DNA of 64,000 nt from an uncultured Candidatus Rokubacteria bacterium (GCA_963826115.1 CAWGVS010000005.1:32001-96000), one strand, 5' to 3'. Counted from the first letter of the stretch, positions 47,051 through 57,341 are shown. Made by a program: numbers and translations. Notes: generated by a model not told the origin, from the sequence alone.

Positions 47051-48388
47051 TCAGCTGGCCTCGATCCGGCTCGCGAGCCAGCGCGCGGTGCGCAGGAGGC
47101 GGGCGTCGCCGTGCCGGGTGCCGACGAGCTGGATCCCGATCGGGAGCCCGTTCGAGGCGTGCATGAGGGGGAGCGTGATCGCCGGCATGCCGGCCAGCGT
47201 CCACAGGGTGCAGAAGCTCGGGTCGCCCGTGGACTCGAGGCCGTGCGGGGCCGGGCCCGGCGCGGCCGGCGTGAGGATCGCGTCGCAGCGCTCCTGGAAG
47301 AGCTCCGCGAGCCCCTCGGCGAACGCCTCCGCGCGGCGGCGCGCCAGCTGGTAGTCGAGGGCCGTGACCTCCCGGCCGCGTCCGAGCTGGGTCCGGAGGG
47401 CCTCGGACAGGCGGTCACGCCCGACGGTCCACTCGCGGTCGAGGCTGGCCGCCATCTCGGACTCCATGATCAGGCGGTGCCACTCGAAGGCGTCGGCGGA
47501 CTGGACGAGCTCGACCTCCTCCATCCGGTCGCCGAGGAGGCCGGCGAGCTCCGCGAACGCCTCGCGCGTGTCGCCGTCGACGCGGTCCCAGCGCGCGGTC
47601 TTGATGAGGGCGAGCATCGGCGGGATCGGCGGCTCCTCGGCCCCGACGGCGCGGAGCGGCACGCGCGCCCGCGGCCGGGAATCGGGGTCGCGCTCGTCGA
47701 AGCCGATCAGCTCCTCGGTCACGAGGGCGACGTCGTCGAGCGTCCGGGCGAAGACGCCCACGGTGTCGAGGGAGCGGCAGAGCGGGAGCACGCCGTGCCG
47801 CGGGATCAGCCCGTGGGTCGGCTTGAAGCCGTAGACGCCGCAGAACGCGGCCGGCCGGATCACGGAGCCATTGGTCTGGCTGCCGAGCGCGACCGGCACC
47901 ATTCCGGCCGCCACGGCGGCCGCCGAGCCGCTCGACGAGCCGCCGGGTGTGTGGGCGGGGTTGTGGGGGTTCCGCGTCTTGCCCGGCGCGTAGGCCGCGA
48001 ACTCCGTCGTCACGGTCTTGCCCACGATCACGGCGCCCGCGGCGCGGAGCATCGACACCACGGTCGCGTCCCGGGACGGCGTCCGCCCCGCATGGAGCAC
48101 CGACCCGTTCTCGGTCGGCATGTCGGCGGTGTCGATGATGTCCTTCACCCCGACCGGCACGCCGTGGAGCGGCCCGAGCGGACGGCCCGACAACCGGTAC
48201 TCGTCGGCCGCGGCCGCCTGCGCCCGCGCGAGCTCGGGGTCGAGGAACGCCCAGGCCCGGACGTCCGGGTCCACCGCCTCGATGCGGGACAGGCAGGCCT
48301 CGACCAGCTGGACGGAGCTGATGACGCCGTCCCGGACGAGGCGCGCCCCGTCGGTGGCGGAGAGCGCGTAGAGGTTGGTCAGGTCCAT
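47051..48388 (-). CDS. Amidase signature family enzyme
   Basis: GPLHGVPVGVKD, GKTVTTEFA, TPGGSSSGSAAAVA, GSQTNGSVIRPA. Confidence 0.93.
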   Translation of the reverse strand: MDLTNLYALSATDGARLVRDGVISSVQLVEACLSRIEAVDPDVRAWAFLDPELARAQAAAADEYRLSGRPLGPLHGVPVGVKDIIDTADMPTENGSVLHAGRTPSRDATVVSMLRAAGAVIVGKTVTTEFAAYAPGKTRNPHNPAHTPGGSSSGSAAAVAAGMVPVALGSQTNGSVIRPAAFCGVYGFKPTHGLIPRHGVLPLCRSLDTVGVFARTLDDVALVTEELIGFDERDPDSRPRARVPLRAVGAEEPPIPPMLALIKTARWDRVDGDTREAFAELAGLLGDRMEEVELVQSADAFEWHRLIMESEMAASLDREWTVGRDRLSEALRTQLGRGREVTALDYQLARRRAEAFAEGLAELFQERCDAILTPAAPGPAPHGLESTGDPSFCTLWTLAGMPAITLPLMHASNGLPIGIQLVGTRHGDARLLRTARWLASRIEAS

Positions 48389-48422
48389 CGGATCGCGACC
48401 GGCCCGCGGCGTTCCCGTGGCC

Positions 48423-50444
48423 TCAGCTGCCGTACAGGAACTCGGGCAACCAGAGCGTCATGCCCGGCCAGATGTACATGAACGCCAGGCACACGAGCAC
48501 GATGATCATGTACGGCATCATGCCGGCGAAGATCTGGTTCAGCGTGACGTGTTTCGGCGAGACGCCCTTCAGGTAGAACGCGGACATCGCCACCGGCGGC
48601 GAGAGGAAGGCGGCCTGGAGGTTCACGGCGACCATGGTGCCGAACAGGATCGGGTCGACGTGGAAGTGGCTCAGGAGCGGGATGAAGATCGGACAGAAGA
48701 TCACGATGATCTCCGTCCACTCCAGCGGCCAGCCCAGCAGGAAGATGATGAGCTGCGCCGTGATCTGGAAGCCCAGCGGCGAGAGGTTCATGCTGAGCAC
48801 CCACCGCTCGATCAGGCCCTGGCCGCCGTGGAGCGCGAACACCGCGGAGAAGAGGGCCGAGCCGACGAACAGCCAGCACACCATGGCCGTCGTCTTCGCG
48901 GTGAGGAACGTCGACTGCTTGAGGTTCTCCCGGAGCTCCTGCGAGGTGCGGAGATGCCAGATGCCCGGGACCACGGTGCCCAGGAAGGTCCCGCCGATCG
49001 CCGCCGCCACGAGCAGCGACGCGAACGGCTCGCCCTCGTACCAGCCGAGGACCAGGCCGATGATCGCGCCGACCAGGCTCCACCAGAGAACCTCGCGGGC
49101 GTACTTCGCCATCACCGCCAGGTAGAGGGCGCCGAGCGCGCCGATCGCCGCCGACTCGGTGGCGGTGCAGATGCCGAACAGGATCACGGCCAGCACGATG
49201 AAGGTGAGGACCGCGAGCGGCACGACCGAGGCGATCAGCTCCTTGAGGATCTGGAGCTGCTCCCCGTCCATGCGCCAGAAGTAGGTCAGGAGGAGGAGGG
49301 CGGAGAAGGCGACGAGACCCCAGTACCACTGGTAGAAGTGGGCCGGGACCTTGTCGCCCGTCGCCGCGACGGGGGCTGCCGCCGAGCCCACCTCCTCGAG
49401 TCCTGCGTCGGCCGCCCGCGCCGGCTCGCTGTCCTTCACCTCGGTCTCCGCCGAGCCGAGCTCCTGCGGCGCCTCGTCGGCGGGCGGCGCCGGGGTGGCC
49501 GTTGCCGGCGCCGTCGGAGCCGCCCGGCGGACGGGCGCCTGACTGGCCTCCACGGCGGGCGCCGCGTTGTAGACGACGACGTACCACCAGGTCGCCGCAA
49601 ACGTGCCGAACGTGAGCAGGACCGGGACCGTCACCGCCAGCACGTTCTTCACGATCGTCCCGTAGCTCGCCTGGAGCCCGTGCACGAGCCCCGGCCGCAC
49701 GAGCGCGGCCAGGAGGCCGGGGACGACGCTGCCGGACCGGCCCCCCTCGAGGCGCTTCAGGTAGTCCGGGACGTCGAGGCGGAACTGGTCCGGGGGGAGC
49801 TTGGGCGCGATCTTCGGGTTGATGAGCGCCCAGCCCAGGATGTAGGCGAGGTAGAGGAACGTGAGGAAGAACCCCGGCAGCATCGCCGCCGCGTAGAGCT
49901 TGACGATCGACTGTCCCGACACGGCGGCGTAGACGATCAGCATCACCGAGGGCGGGATCAGGATGCCCAGCGTCCCGCCTGCGGTGATCACGCCCGAGGC
50001 GAGGCGCACGTCGTAGCCAGCCTTCAGCATGGGCCGCATCGCGATGACGCCCATGAGGACGACGACCGCGCCCACGATGCCCGACGCGATGCCCCAGAAG
50101 GCGCACACGAGCAGCGTCGTCACCGCCAGGGACGCCGGCACCCGCCGGAAGGCGAGCTGGACGCTGTGGAACATCCGGTCGACGAGCGCCGCTCGCTCCA
50201 TGATGTAGCCCATGAAGACGAACAGCGGCACCGACAGGAGGGTGTCGTTCGTCATCACGCCGTACGTCCGCTGCACCATCAGGTCGAAGATCTGGTTCTG
50301 CCACCAGTACTGGCCGTGGGTCCAGAAGGCGAGGAAGCCGAAGATCATGCCCAGGCCCATGAGCGTGAACGCGGTCGGAAAGCCCATCATGATCGCGATC
50401 ACGATGAGGCCGAGCATCGTGAGGCCGAGCCGGGGATCGCTCAC
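48423..50444 (-). CDS. TRAP transporter large permease (DctM) with internal insertion
   Basis: GFPTAFTL, SVPLFVFMG, GGTLGILIPPSV, TATESAAIGA, LGWPLEW, NLQAAFLSPP. GTG 50444. Confidence 0.9.
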   Translation of the reverse strand: MSDPRLGLTMLGLIVIAIMMGFPTAFTLMGLGMIFGFLAFWTHGQYWWQNQIFDLMVQRTYGVMTNDTLLSVPLFVFMGYIMERAALVDRMFHSVQLAFRRVPASLAVTTLLVCAFWGIASGIVGAVVVLMGVIAMRPMLKAGYDVRLASGVITAGGTLGILIPPSVMLIVYAAVSGQSIVKLYAAAMLPGFFLTFLYLAYILGWALINPKIAPKLPPDQFRLDVPDYLKRLEGGRSGSVVPGLLAALVRPGLVHGLQASYGTIVKNVLAVTVPVLLTFGTFAATWWYVVVYNAAPAVEASQAPVRRAAPTAPATATPAPPADEAPQELGSAETEVKDSEPARAADAGLEEVGSAAAPVAATGDKVPAHFYQWYWGLVAFSALLLLTYFWRMDGEQLQILKELIASVVPLAVLTFIVLAVILFGICTATESAAIGALGALYLAVMAKYAREVLWWSLVGAIIGLVLGWYEGEPFASLLVAAAIGGTFLGTVVPGIWHLRTSQELRENLKQSTFLTAKTTAMVCWLFVGSALFSAVFALHGGQGLIERWVLSMNLSPLGFQITAQLIIFLLGWPLEWTEIIVIFCPIFIPLLSHFHVDPILFGTMVAVNLQAAFLSPPVAMSAFYLKGVSPKHVTLNQIFAGMMPYMIIVLVCLAFMYIWPGMTLWLPEFLYGS

Positions 50445-51142
50445 GACTTCCGCCCGTCGTCCTTGAGCGCCTGCTCGTGCACGACGCTCTCTTCCATGAC
50501 GCTCCGGTGCCGGGCCGCCTCGTCGATGGCCTTGGCGCTGTCCATGGCCGCGCGGCGGGATTCCTCGTCCACGTACTGGCTGTGCCCGAGCTGGGTGTCG
50601 ATGACGTCGATCTCCTCGACGTCCTCGATGCGGACGGGCCAGGAACCGGTGCGGATGCACATGACGCAGCGGACGATCTCGGCCACGCCCTGGAGCAAGA
50701 CCAGGGCGCCGGCGATCGGGATCACCGACTTGAAGTGGTACACGGGCGGCCCCTCGGCGGTGACGGTCGAGTGCTCCCCGATTCGCCAGGAGTCGCCGGC
50801 ATACCCGTAGCCCGCGTAGATCAGGGCGATGATGCCCGGCATGAAGAAGAGGACGTAGAGGCTCAGATCGAGCATGGCCTGCACGCGCGGCTTCAGGTAG
50901 ATGTAGACGAAGTCGGCGCGCACGTGTCCGCCCTGGGCGAGCGTGTAGGCCCCGCACATCATGAAGAGCGTGCCGTACAGCATGTTGTTGAAGTCGAAGA
51001 TCCACGCGGTCGGCGCGTTCAGGATGTAGCGCTTGAAGACCTCGATCGACACCACGAACGTCAGCGCCACGATCAGCCACGCGAACAGCTTCCCCGACAG
51101 GTAGCTGAACCGGTCGATGGTGCGAATCAGACTGGCCATCAT
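50441..51142 (-). CDS. TRAP transporter small permease (DctQ)
   Basis: RYILNAPTAW, GGHVRADF, KSVIP..G.L..LQG. Confidence 0.9.
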   Translation of the reverse strand: MMASLIRTIDRFSYLSGKLFAWLIVALTFVVSIEVFKRYILNAPTAWIFDFNNMLYGTLFMMCGAYTLAQGGHVRADFVYIYLKPRVQAMLDLSLYVLFFMPGIIALIYAGYGYAGDSWRIGEHSTVTAEGPPVYHFKSVIPIAGALVLLQGVAEIVRCVMCIRTGSWPVRIEDVEEIDVIDTQLGHSQYVDEESRRAAMDSAKAIDEAARHRSVMEESVVHEQALKDDGRKS

Positions 51143-51243
51143 GGCCTCACGGGATCGGCGCGCATGTGGCGTCGGACGGGCGACCGGCCAGCGGTCCGGT
51201 GGTGGCCGGACGGCTGGCCGGTCGCGGTTCCGTCACGGACGGG

Positions 51244-52371
51244 CTAGCTCTTCTTCGCGAAGTAGTGGTTGTACGCCATGCGCCGGCTGACGTTCGTGTC
51301 GAGGTCCCACTTCACCGCGCGCTCGGCGAACTTCTTCTGCGACTCGGTGATCTCCTTGAACAGCGGATTCTCGCCCGCCTTCTTGGTCGCCACCTCGTCG
51401 TACACGTCCAGCTGCTTCTGCAGCACCGCGTCCGGCGTCTTGAAGAACCGGACCTTGTCCTTGACCTGGAGCTCGATGTAGTCCTTCGAGTACCGATCGA
51501 CGGCCTTCCAGGACATGTCCGCCGAGGCCGCCTCGACGGCGCTCTCGATGATCACCTTCATCCTGTCGGGGAGCGCGTCGAACTTGGTCTTGTTGAACGT
51601 GATCTCGAGCTGCTCGGCGTTCTGGTGGTAGCTCTGCAGCATGCAGACCTTCGCCACGTCCGGGAACCCGAGGATCCGGTCGGACGTGGCGTTGTTCCAC
51701 TCGGCCGCGTCGATCAGGCCGCGGTCGAGCGCGGGCACGATCTCGGGGCCCGGCAGCGCGTTGACCGCCGCGCCGAGGGCGGTGAACACGTCGATGGAGA
51801 TGCCGACCGTGCGGAACTTCAGCCCCTTGAAGTCGTCGGGCTTGGTGATCGGCTTCTTGTACCAGCCGAGCGGCTGGGTCGGCATCGGGCCGTAGGGGAA
51901 GGACACCACGTTCGCGCCGATCGACGCGTAGAGCTTGTTCAGGAGCTCCTTCCCGCCGCCGTACTTGTGCCAGGAGAGGAGCATGTTGGCGTCCATGCCG
52001 TAGGCCGGGCCCGAGCCCCAGAGCGCGAGCGCGGTCTGCTTCCCGTAGTGGTACACGAGCACCCCGTGGCCGCCGTCGAGGGTGCCCTTCGACACGGCGT
52101 CGAGGAGGCCGAACGCCGGGACGACGGCGCCCGCCGGCAGCACCTCGATCTTGAGGTCGCCGCCCGTCATGTCGTTGATGCGCTTCGCGAAGTCGAGCGC
52201 GTACTCGTGGATGATGTCCTTCTGGGCCCACGTGCTCTGCCATCGCATGTTGATCGGGCCCTGCGCCTTCAGGACGCTCGGGAAGCCGAGCGCCGCCGCT
52301 CCGACGGCGACGGCTGCGCCCTTGAGGAACTGCCGGCGCTCCGCTGCGGGCTTCACCTGCGCATCGCTCAT
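51244..52371 (-). CDS. TRAP substrate-binding protein (TakP/keto-acid type), Tat signal
   Basis: RRQFLKG, WQSTW, LPAGAVVP, GLKFRTVG, ALDRGLIDAAEW. Confidence 0.9.
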   Translation of the reverse strand: MSDAQVKPAAERRQFLKGAAVAVGAAALGFPSVLKAQGPINMRWQSTWAQKDIIHEYALDFAKRINDMTGGDLKIEVLPAGAVVPAFGLLDAVSKGTLDGGHGVLVYHYGKQTALALWGSGPAYGMDANMLLSWHKYGGGKELLNKLYASIGANVVSFPYGPMPTQPLGWYKKPITKPDDFKGLKFRTVGISIDVFTALGAAVNALPGPEIVPALDRGLIDAAEWNNATSDRILGFPDVAKVCMLQSYHQNAEQLEITFNKTKFDALPDRMKVIIESAVEAASADMSWKAVDRYSKDYIELQVKDKVRFFKTPDAVLQKQLDVYDEVATKKAGENPLFKEITESQKKFAERAVKWDLDTNVSRRMAYNHYFAKKS

Positions 52372-52489
52372 GCCGCACCTCCTTGTGCCCTAGGGGTTCA
52401 CCGATCGGATGGTGGCGCGTCGCGACGGACTGGATCCGACGGTCGGGCGTGAGACGGCGTGCTCCGCGCCGGTCCGTCGATTGGGCGTC

Positions 52490-52519
52490 ATTCTACCGTC
52501 ACGCTTCGCTCCGTCGCAA
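52490..52519 (-). promoter_or_regulatory. Putative sigma70 promoter of the TRAP-amidase operon
   Basis: Minus strand TTGCGA-18nt-TAGAAT. Confidence 0.5.
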
Positions 52520-52666
52520 GACAAGGCGGCACCCGCCCGTCGCCGTCCCGGCCGCGCCGGCTGTCCCGGGAACGCCGCGCGCCCGCGGAGGGTTCCGGCC
52601 CCGGTCCGGCCGTCCGGCCGCGGCGCCGGTTGACGAGCCGCGCCGGCTGACCCAGGATGGCGGGCC

Positions 52667-53887
52667 ATGGCCACCCCGCGCCCCCCCGAGAGCGGCTGGC
52701 GCGAGCTCTGGCCCCTCGACCCCGCGGTCACCTTCCTGAACCACGGCTCGTTCGGGGCCTGTCCCCGCGCGGTGCTGGACGCGCAGAGCCGCCTGCGCGA
52801 CCGGCTCGAGAGCGAGCCCGTCCGGTTCCTGGGCCGGGAGCTGGAAGGGCTCCTGGACGGCGCCCGGGCGGCCCTCGGGGCGTTCGTCGGCGCCGCTCCC
52901 GACGACCTCGCCTTCGTGCCGAACGCCACCACGGGCGCCAACACGGTCCTCCGGTCGCTCGATCTCGGGGTCGGGGACGAGCTCCTCGCCACCGACCACA
53001 CGTACAACGCCTGCCGGAACGCGCTCGACGCCGTGACGGCGCGAGCGGGGGCGCGCGTCGTGGTGGCGACCCTGCCGTTCCCGGTGGCGGCCCCGGACGA
53101 GATCCTCGACGCGGTCCTCGGCCGGGTCGGGCCCCGGACGCGCCTGGCGCTCGTCGACCACGTGACGAGCCCGACCGGGCTCGTCCTCCCGATCGAGCGG
53201 CTGGTGCGCGAGCTCCAGTCGCGCGGGGTCGACGTGCTGGTGGACGGCGCCCACGCGCCCGGGATGGTCCCGCTCGACGTCGAGACCCTCGGCGCCGCCT
53301 ACTACACGGGCAACTGCCACAAGTGGATCTGCGCGCCGAAGGGCTCGGCGTTCCTTCACGTCCGGCGCGACCGCCAGAAGGGCATGCATCCCCTGGTGGT
53401 CAGCCACGGCGCCAACTCGCCCCGCTCGGACCGGTCGCCGTTCCGGCTCGAGTTCGACTGGACGGGCACCGCGGACCCGACGGCGTTCCTCACCGTGCCG
53501 GAGGCGATCCGGTACATGGGGTCGCTCCTGCCGGGCGGCTGGCCGGCCCTCATGGCCCACAACCGGCAGACGGCGCTCGCCGCGCGCGATCGGCTCGCGG
53601 CCGCCCTCGGCGTGCCGGCGCCCGCCCCGGACTCCATGGTCGGGACGCTCGCCGCGCTTCCGGTGCCGCCCGGCTTCTTCCCGGCCGCGCCGCCGCGGAC
53701 GGGCGACCCGCTCCAGGCCGCGCTGTTCGACCGCTTCGGGCTCGAGCTGCCCGTCTTCACGTGGTCCGCGCTCTCGTGCCGCATCCTCCGTGTGTCGGCC
53801 CAGCTCTACAACACCGCCGCGGACTACGAGCGCCTCGCCCAGGCGCTCGGCGCGCTCGGGCCCGGCCGCCGTCCGTCGGGTGGATGA
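52667..53887 (+). CDS. PLP-dependent class V aminotransferase (CefD/EgtE/cysteine desulfhydrase-like)
   Basis: FLNHGSFGACP, NATTG, DHVTSPTG, DGAHAPG, GNCHKW.CAPKG, RVSAQLYN. Confidence 0.9.
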   Translation: MATPRPPESGWRELWPLDPAVTFLNHGSFGACPRAVLDAQSRLRDRLESEPVRFLGRELEGLLDGARAALGAFVGAAPDDLAFVPNATTGANTVLRSLDLGVGDELLATDHTYNACRNALDAVTARAGARVVVATLPFPVAAPDEILDAVLGRVGPRTRLALVDHVTSPTGLVLPIERLVRELQSRGVDVLVDGAHAPGMVPLDVETLGAAYYTGNCHKWICAPKGSAFLHVRRDRQKGMHPLVVSHGANSPRSDRSPFRLEFDWTGTADPTAFLTVPEAIRYMGSLLPGGWPALMAHNRQTALAARDRLAAALGVPAPAPDSMVGTLAALPVPPGFFPAAPPRTGDPLQAALFDRFGLELPVFTWSALSCRILRVSAQLYNTAADYERLAQALGALGPGRRPSGG

Positions 53888-55047
53888 GGGACGGGGTGGA
53901 CCTCTTCGACCCCGTCCGCTACCAGGGGGTCCGGCGTCCGGTCGGCGAGGCCGAGACGCTGCCCGCGTGGTGCTACACGTCGCCCGAGTTCTACGCGCGC
54001 GAGGTCGATCGCATCTTCTCGCGCGGGTGGCACTTCGTGGGGCGCGCCGACGAGCTGCCGGAGACGGGGAGCTACCTCGCCGTCGATACCCCGACGGGCC
54101 CGCTGCTCCTCCTCCGGGACGCGGGCGGGCGGGTCGGCGCCTTCGCCAACACGTGCCGCCACCGCGGGGCCCGCCTCCTCGAGGGCCGCGGCCGCTGCCG
54201 GACCATCGTCTGTCCCTACCACGCCTGGACATACGGGCCGGACGGGCGGCTCCTGGGGGCGCCGGGGATGCAGGACCGTCCCGGCTTCGACCCCGCCGAC
54301 TGGGGGCTGACCCGCGTGCGCTGCGAGAGTTGGCAGGGCTTCGTCTTCGTCGGCGTTGACGAGACCGGCCCCGGGCTGGTCGAGCACCTCGGCGACCTTG
54401 CCGAGAAGCTCGGGTCGTACGACTTCGACCAGATGGTCTGCGTGCGCCGGATCGACTACGACCTCGCCGCCAACTGGAAGCTGATCGTGGAGAACGCGAT
54501 GGAGGAATACCACACCGGCGCCGTCCACCACGCGAGCCTGGGCCAGCAGTACGCGGTCCAGGAGGAGACGCGCGGCCACTGGGACGCCCTCTACATTCCG
54601 CAGGAGACGAGCATCGCGGTCCTGCCCGGCGAGACCGCGCCGTTCCCCCACGTCTCCGGGCTCCGGGGGCGGCCCGCCCACGGAACGTACTTCACGATGC
54701 TCCACCCGGCGACCCAGTTCGCGTGCACGCAGGACGCCATGTGGTGGCTGCGCGTGCTCCCCCTGGGGCCCACTCGCTCGCGCCTCGGAGTCGGGTTCTG
54801 CTTTCCGCGGACCACCGTGGCGCGACCGGACTTCGAGGCCGGCGTGAAGAAGTACATGCACCGGTGGGAGACGGGGATCGCCGAGGACAACGCGATCTGC
54901 GAGGCGCAGCAGGCCGGGCTCGCGTCCGCCCTCCGGACCCCGGGGCCGTTCGCGCTCCGCGAGCCCGCGGTTCACCGCGTGAACAACTGGGTGCTCGACC
55001 AGGTCCTCGACGGGCTGCCGGGCCGGCGCCGGGTGCCGACGCCATGA
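53884..55047 (+). CDS. Rieske non-heme iron oxygenase alpha subunit (choline monooxygenase-like)
   Basis: CRHRG...CPYHAW Rieske motif, NWKLIVENAMEEYH...VH, EDNAICE. ATGA overlap. Confidence 0.9.
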   Translation: MRDGVDLFDPVRYQGVRRPVGEAETLPAWCYTSPEFYAREVDRIFSRGWHFVGRADELPETGSYLAVDTPTGPLLLLRDAGGRVGAFANTCRHRGARLLEGRGRCRTIVCPYHAWTYGPDGRLLGAPGMQDRPGFDPADWGLTRVRCESWQGFVFVGVDETGPGLVEHLGDLAEKLGSYDFDQMVCVRRIDYDLAANWKLIVENAMEEYHTGAVHHASLGQQYAVQEETRGHWDALYIPQETSIAVLPGETAPFPHVSGLRGRPAHGTYFTMLHPATQFACTQDAMWWLRVLPLGPTRSRLGVGFCFPRTTVARPDFEAGVKKYMHRWETGIAEDNAICEAQQAGLASALRTPGPFALREPAVHRVNNWVLDQVLDGLPGRRRVPTP

Positions 55048-55712
55048 CCAACCAGGTCGTCCTCGCGTTCAAGGTCATGACGCTCGTGTTCGCGGCGCTC
55101 GCGTCCATCATGAACCCGCCGGCGAACGTGCCGATCTTCCTGGCGAGCACCGCCGGCTCCTCGACGGACGTGCGGAAGGCCCTGTCGTGGCGGATCGCGG
55201 TCAACGTCTTCATCATCCTGGTCGTGTCGATGTTCGTGGGGTCCTACATCCTCAACTTCTTCGGACTGTCGCTCCCGGTCGTGCAGGTCGGCGGCGGCCT
55301 CCTGATCATGTCGTTCGGCTGGACGTTTCTCCACCAGCGGGAGGAGGACGCCTCGGCGCCCAGCGCTCAAACGTGGAAGCCCGAAGAGCTGGCGACGCGG
55401 GCCTTCTACCCCTTGACCCTGCCGCTCACGGTCGGGCCCGGCTCGATGTCGATCGCCATCGCGCTCGGCGCCAACACGTCCCAGGCCGGGCTCTTCTACG
55501 GCGGCCAGCTCGTGGCGATGGTGACGGGGGTCGCGCTCGTCGCCCTGTGCATCTACCTCTGCTACCGGTACGCCGAGACGATCGCGCGCGTGCTCGGAAA
55601 GACGGGCACGAGCGTCCTGTTGCGCCTGTCGGCGTTCATCGCGCTCTGCATCGGCGTCCAGATCCTCTGGAACGGCCTGACCGCCCTCATCCGGGCCATG
55701 CCGAAGGGGTAG
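55044..55712 (+). CDS. MarC-family membrane protein
   Basis: IMNPP, FFGLSLP.VQVGGG, AFYPLTLPLTVGPGS, RLSAFI.LCIGVQ. Confidence 0.9.
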   Translation: MTNQVVLAFKVMTLVFAALASIMNPPANVPIFLASTAGSSTDVRKALSWRIAVNVFIILVVSMFVGSYILNFFGLSLPVVQVGGGLLIMSFGWTFLHQREEDASAPSAQTWKPEELATRAFYPLTLPLTVGPGSMSIAIALGANTSQAGLFYGGQLVAMVTGVALVALCIYLCYRYAETIARVLGKTGTSVLLRLSAFIALCIGVQILWNGLTALIRAMPKG

Positions 55713-55751
55713 CGCCCGCCGCGCTATAGTGGGTCTCGAGGACCCTTGCCG

Positions 55752-56732
55752 ATGACCGGTGCCGCGCCGCACATCCTGGCGGACGACATCCAGGACGCCC
55801 GGGCCTGGCGGCGAGACACCCTGTCGCGCCGGGACTGGCTGGTCGAGGTCCCGCCGCGCTGCGTGGACGAGCTGGACGCCGTCGTCCGGACGCTCCGCCG
55901 CGATCCGCTCCCGACGCTCCTCCTTCACCCCGACCAGTTCGCGATGTCCGCGTGCGCCGAGCTGATGGGGACCGTGCGGACCCGTCTCCGCGACGGGATC
56001 GGGCTGGCGGTCGTGAGCCGGCTCCCCGTGGAGCGTTACGAGGCCGAGGAGCACCGCGCGCTCTGCTGGCTCCTGACCCAGCTCCTCGAGCGCCCCGTCG
56101 CCCAGGCGTGGAACGGCGCGATGCTCTACGACGTCCGCGACACCGGCCGCACGCTCGAGTACGGCGTCCGGCGGTCGATCACCAACCTGGACCTCACGTT
56201 CCACACCGACGGCCCGTGGCTCGACGTCCCGCCACACCTGGTCGGCCTCTACTGCGTGAACCCCGCGCAGGAGGGCGGCGTGAGCCGCTTCGTCAGCTTC
56301 GGCACCGTGCACAACGAGCTCCGGCGCCGCCACCCGCGCCTCCTGTCGCGGCTGTACCGGCCGTTCCCGTGGGACCGGCAGGCCGAGCACGCGCCGGGGG
56401 AGCCGAAGGCGGGCGCCCAGCCGATCTTCCAGTACGACGGCCGCGCGCTCGTCGGGCGCTTCAACGAGCGGCTGATCGAGTCGGGCGCCGAGCTGGCCGG
56501 CGCGCCGCTCGACGCGGAGGGCCGCGACGCGCTGGAGGCGATGCGCGGCGTCGTGGACTCGCCCGCCCTGTGGGTGGAGTTCACGATCGAGCGCGGGCAG
56601 ATCCAGTACCTCAACAACCGCGCGTTCGCGCACAGCCGGACCGACTTTCGCGACGCCTCCGAGCCGGAGCGGAAGCGCCACATGATCCGCGTCTGGACGC
56701 GCGAGGAGGGACGCCGCACCTTCTATCCCTGA
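55752..56732 (+). CDS. TauD/TfdA-family Fe(II)/2-oxoglutarate dioxygenase
   Basis: FHTDG (HxD), LNNRAFAHSRT, RHMIRVW. Confidence 0.88.
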   Translation: MTGAAPHILADDIQDARAWRRDTLSRRDWLVEVPPRCVDELDAVVRTLRRDPLPTLLLHPDQFAMSACAELMGTVRTRLRDGIGLAVVSRLPVERYEAEEHRALCWLLTQLLERPVAQAWNGAMLYDVRDTGRTLEYGVRRSITNLDLTFHTDGPWLDVPPHLVGLYCVNPAQEGGVSRFVSFGTVHNELRRRHPRLLSRLYRPFPWDRQAEHAPGEPKAGAQPIFQYDGRALVGRFNERLIESGAELAGAPLDAEGRDALEAMRGVVDSPALWVEFTIERGQIQYLNNRAFAHSRTDFRDASEPERKRHMIRVWTREEGRRTFYP

Positions 56733-56802
56733 GCGGGGTCCCGGCGGCGCCCGCCGCGGCCGGTCACGCCGCCTCCAGTCTCTTGCCCCGGGAGGTCCGC
56801 CG

Positions 56803-57234
56803 ATGCGATCGCTCTTGTCGACCGACCCGAGCCTGATCCAGCTCGTGCTCCGATGGACCCTCGCCGTCGTCATGTTCCCCCACGGCGCCCAGAAGGCCCT
56901 CGGGTGGTTCGGGGGACACGGCTTCAAGGGGACGATGGCGTACTTCGGGCAGAAGTTCCCGGCGCCCCTCGGGCTCCTCGCCATCGCGGCCGAGTTCCTC
57001 GGCCCGATCGGTCTCGCCCTCGGGCTCCTGACGCGCGTGGCGGCGCTCGGGATCGCGTGCGTCATGGTGGTCGCGACGCTGACGGCGCACGCGCCGCACG
57101 GGTTCTTCATGAACTGGACCGGCAAGCAGAAGGGCGAGGGCTTCGAGTTTCACCTGCTGGCGCTGGGGATCGCGATCGCGCTGATCCTGGGCGGCGGCGG
57201 GCTCTGGTCTCTCGACGCGCTCCTCGCGCCCTGA
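56803..57234 (+). CDS. DoxX-family membrane protein
   Basis: MFPHGAQK.LGWFGG.G, GFFMNW.G..KGEGFEFHLL, GGG.WSLD. Confidence 0.92.
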   Translation: MRSLLSTDPSLIQLVLRWTLAVVMFPHGAQKALGWFGGHGFKGTMAYFGQKFPAPLGLLAIAAEFLGPIGLALGLLTRVAALGIACVMVVATLTAHAPHGFFMNWTGKQKGEGFEFHLLALGIAIALILGGGGLWSLDALLAP

Positions 57235-57341
57235 GGACCGGCCGCGCCCCGCTCGCCCCGACGCACCCCTCGCAGTAAGATCGAGGCGGTGCGCTCGACC
57301 AGATCTCCGTTCTCCGCCCGATTCCCCGAGGGAGCCTCGAC

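Noticed and set aside
42994-47166. Very long ORFs (1390 aa on plus; 1245 aa at 43229-46966 on minus)
   Set aside because: These are shadow frames of the dehydratase and DUF885 genes. They are Arg/Pro/Gly-rich, lack motifs, and are expected from stop-codon scarcity at high GC.
52657-55047. 796-aa Rieske protein with a long N-terminal extension (similarly 12014-13984 and 48423-51080)
   Set aside because: The extensions are off-frame overlaps with the preceding real gene. True starts lie at ATGA/GTGA junctions.
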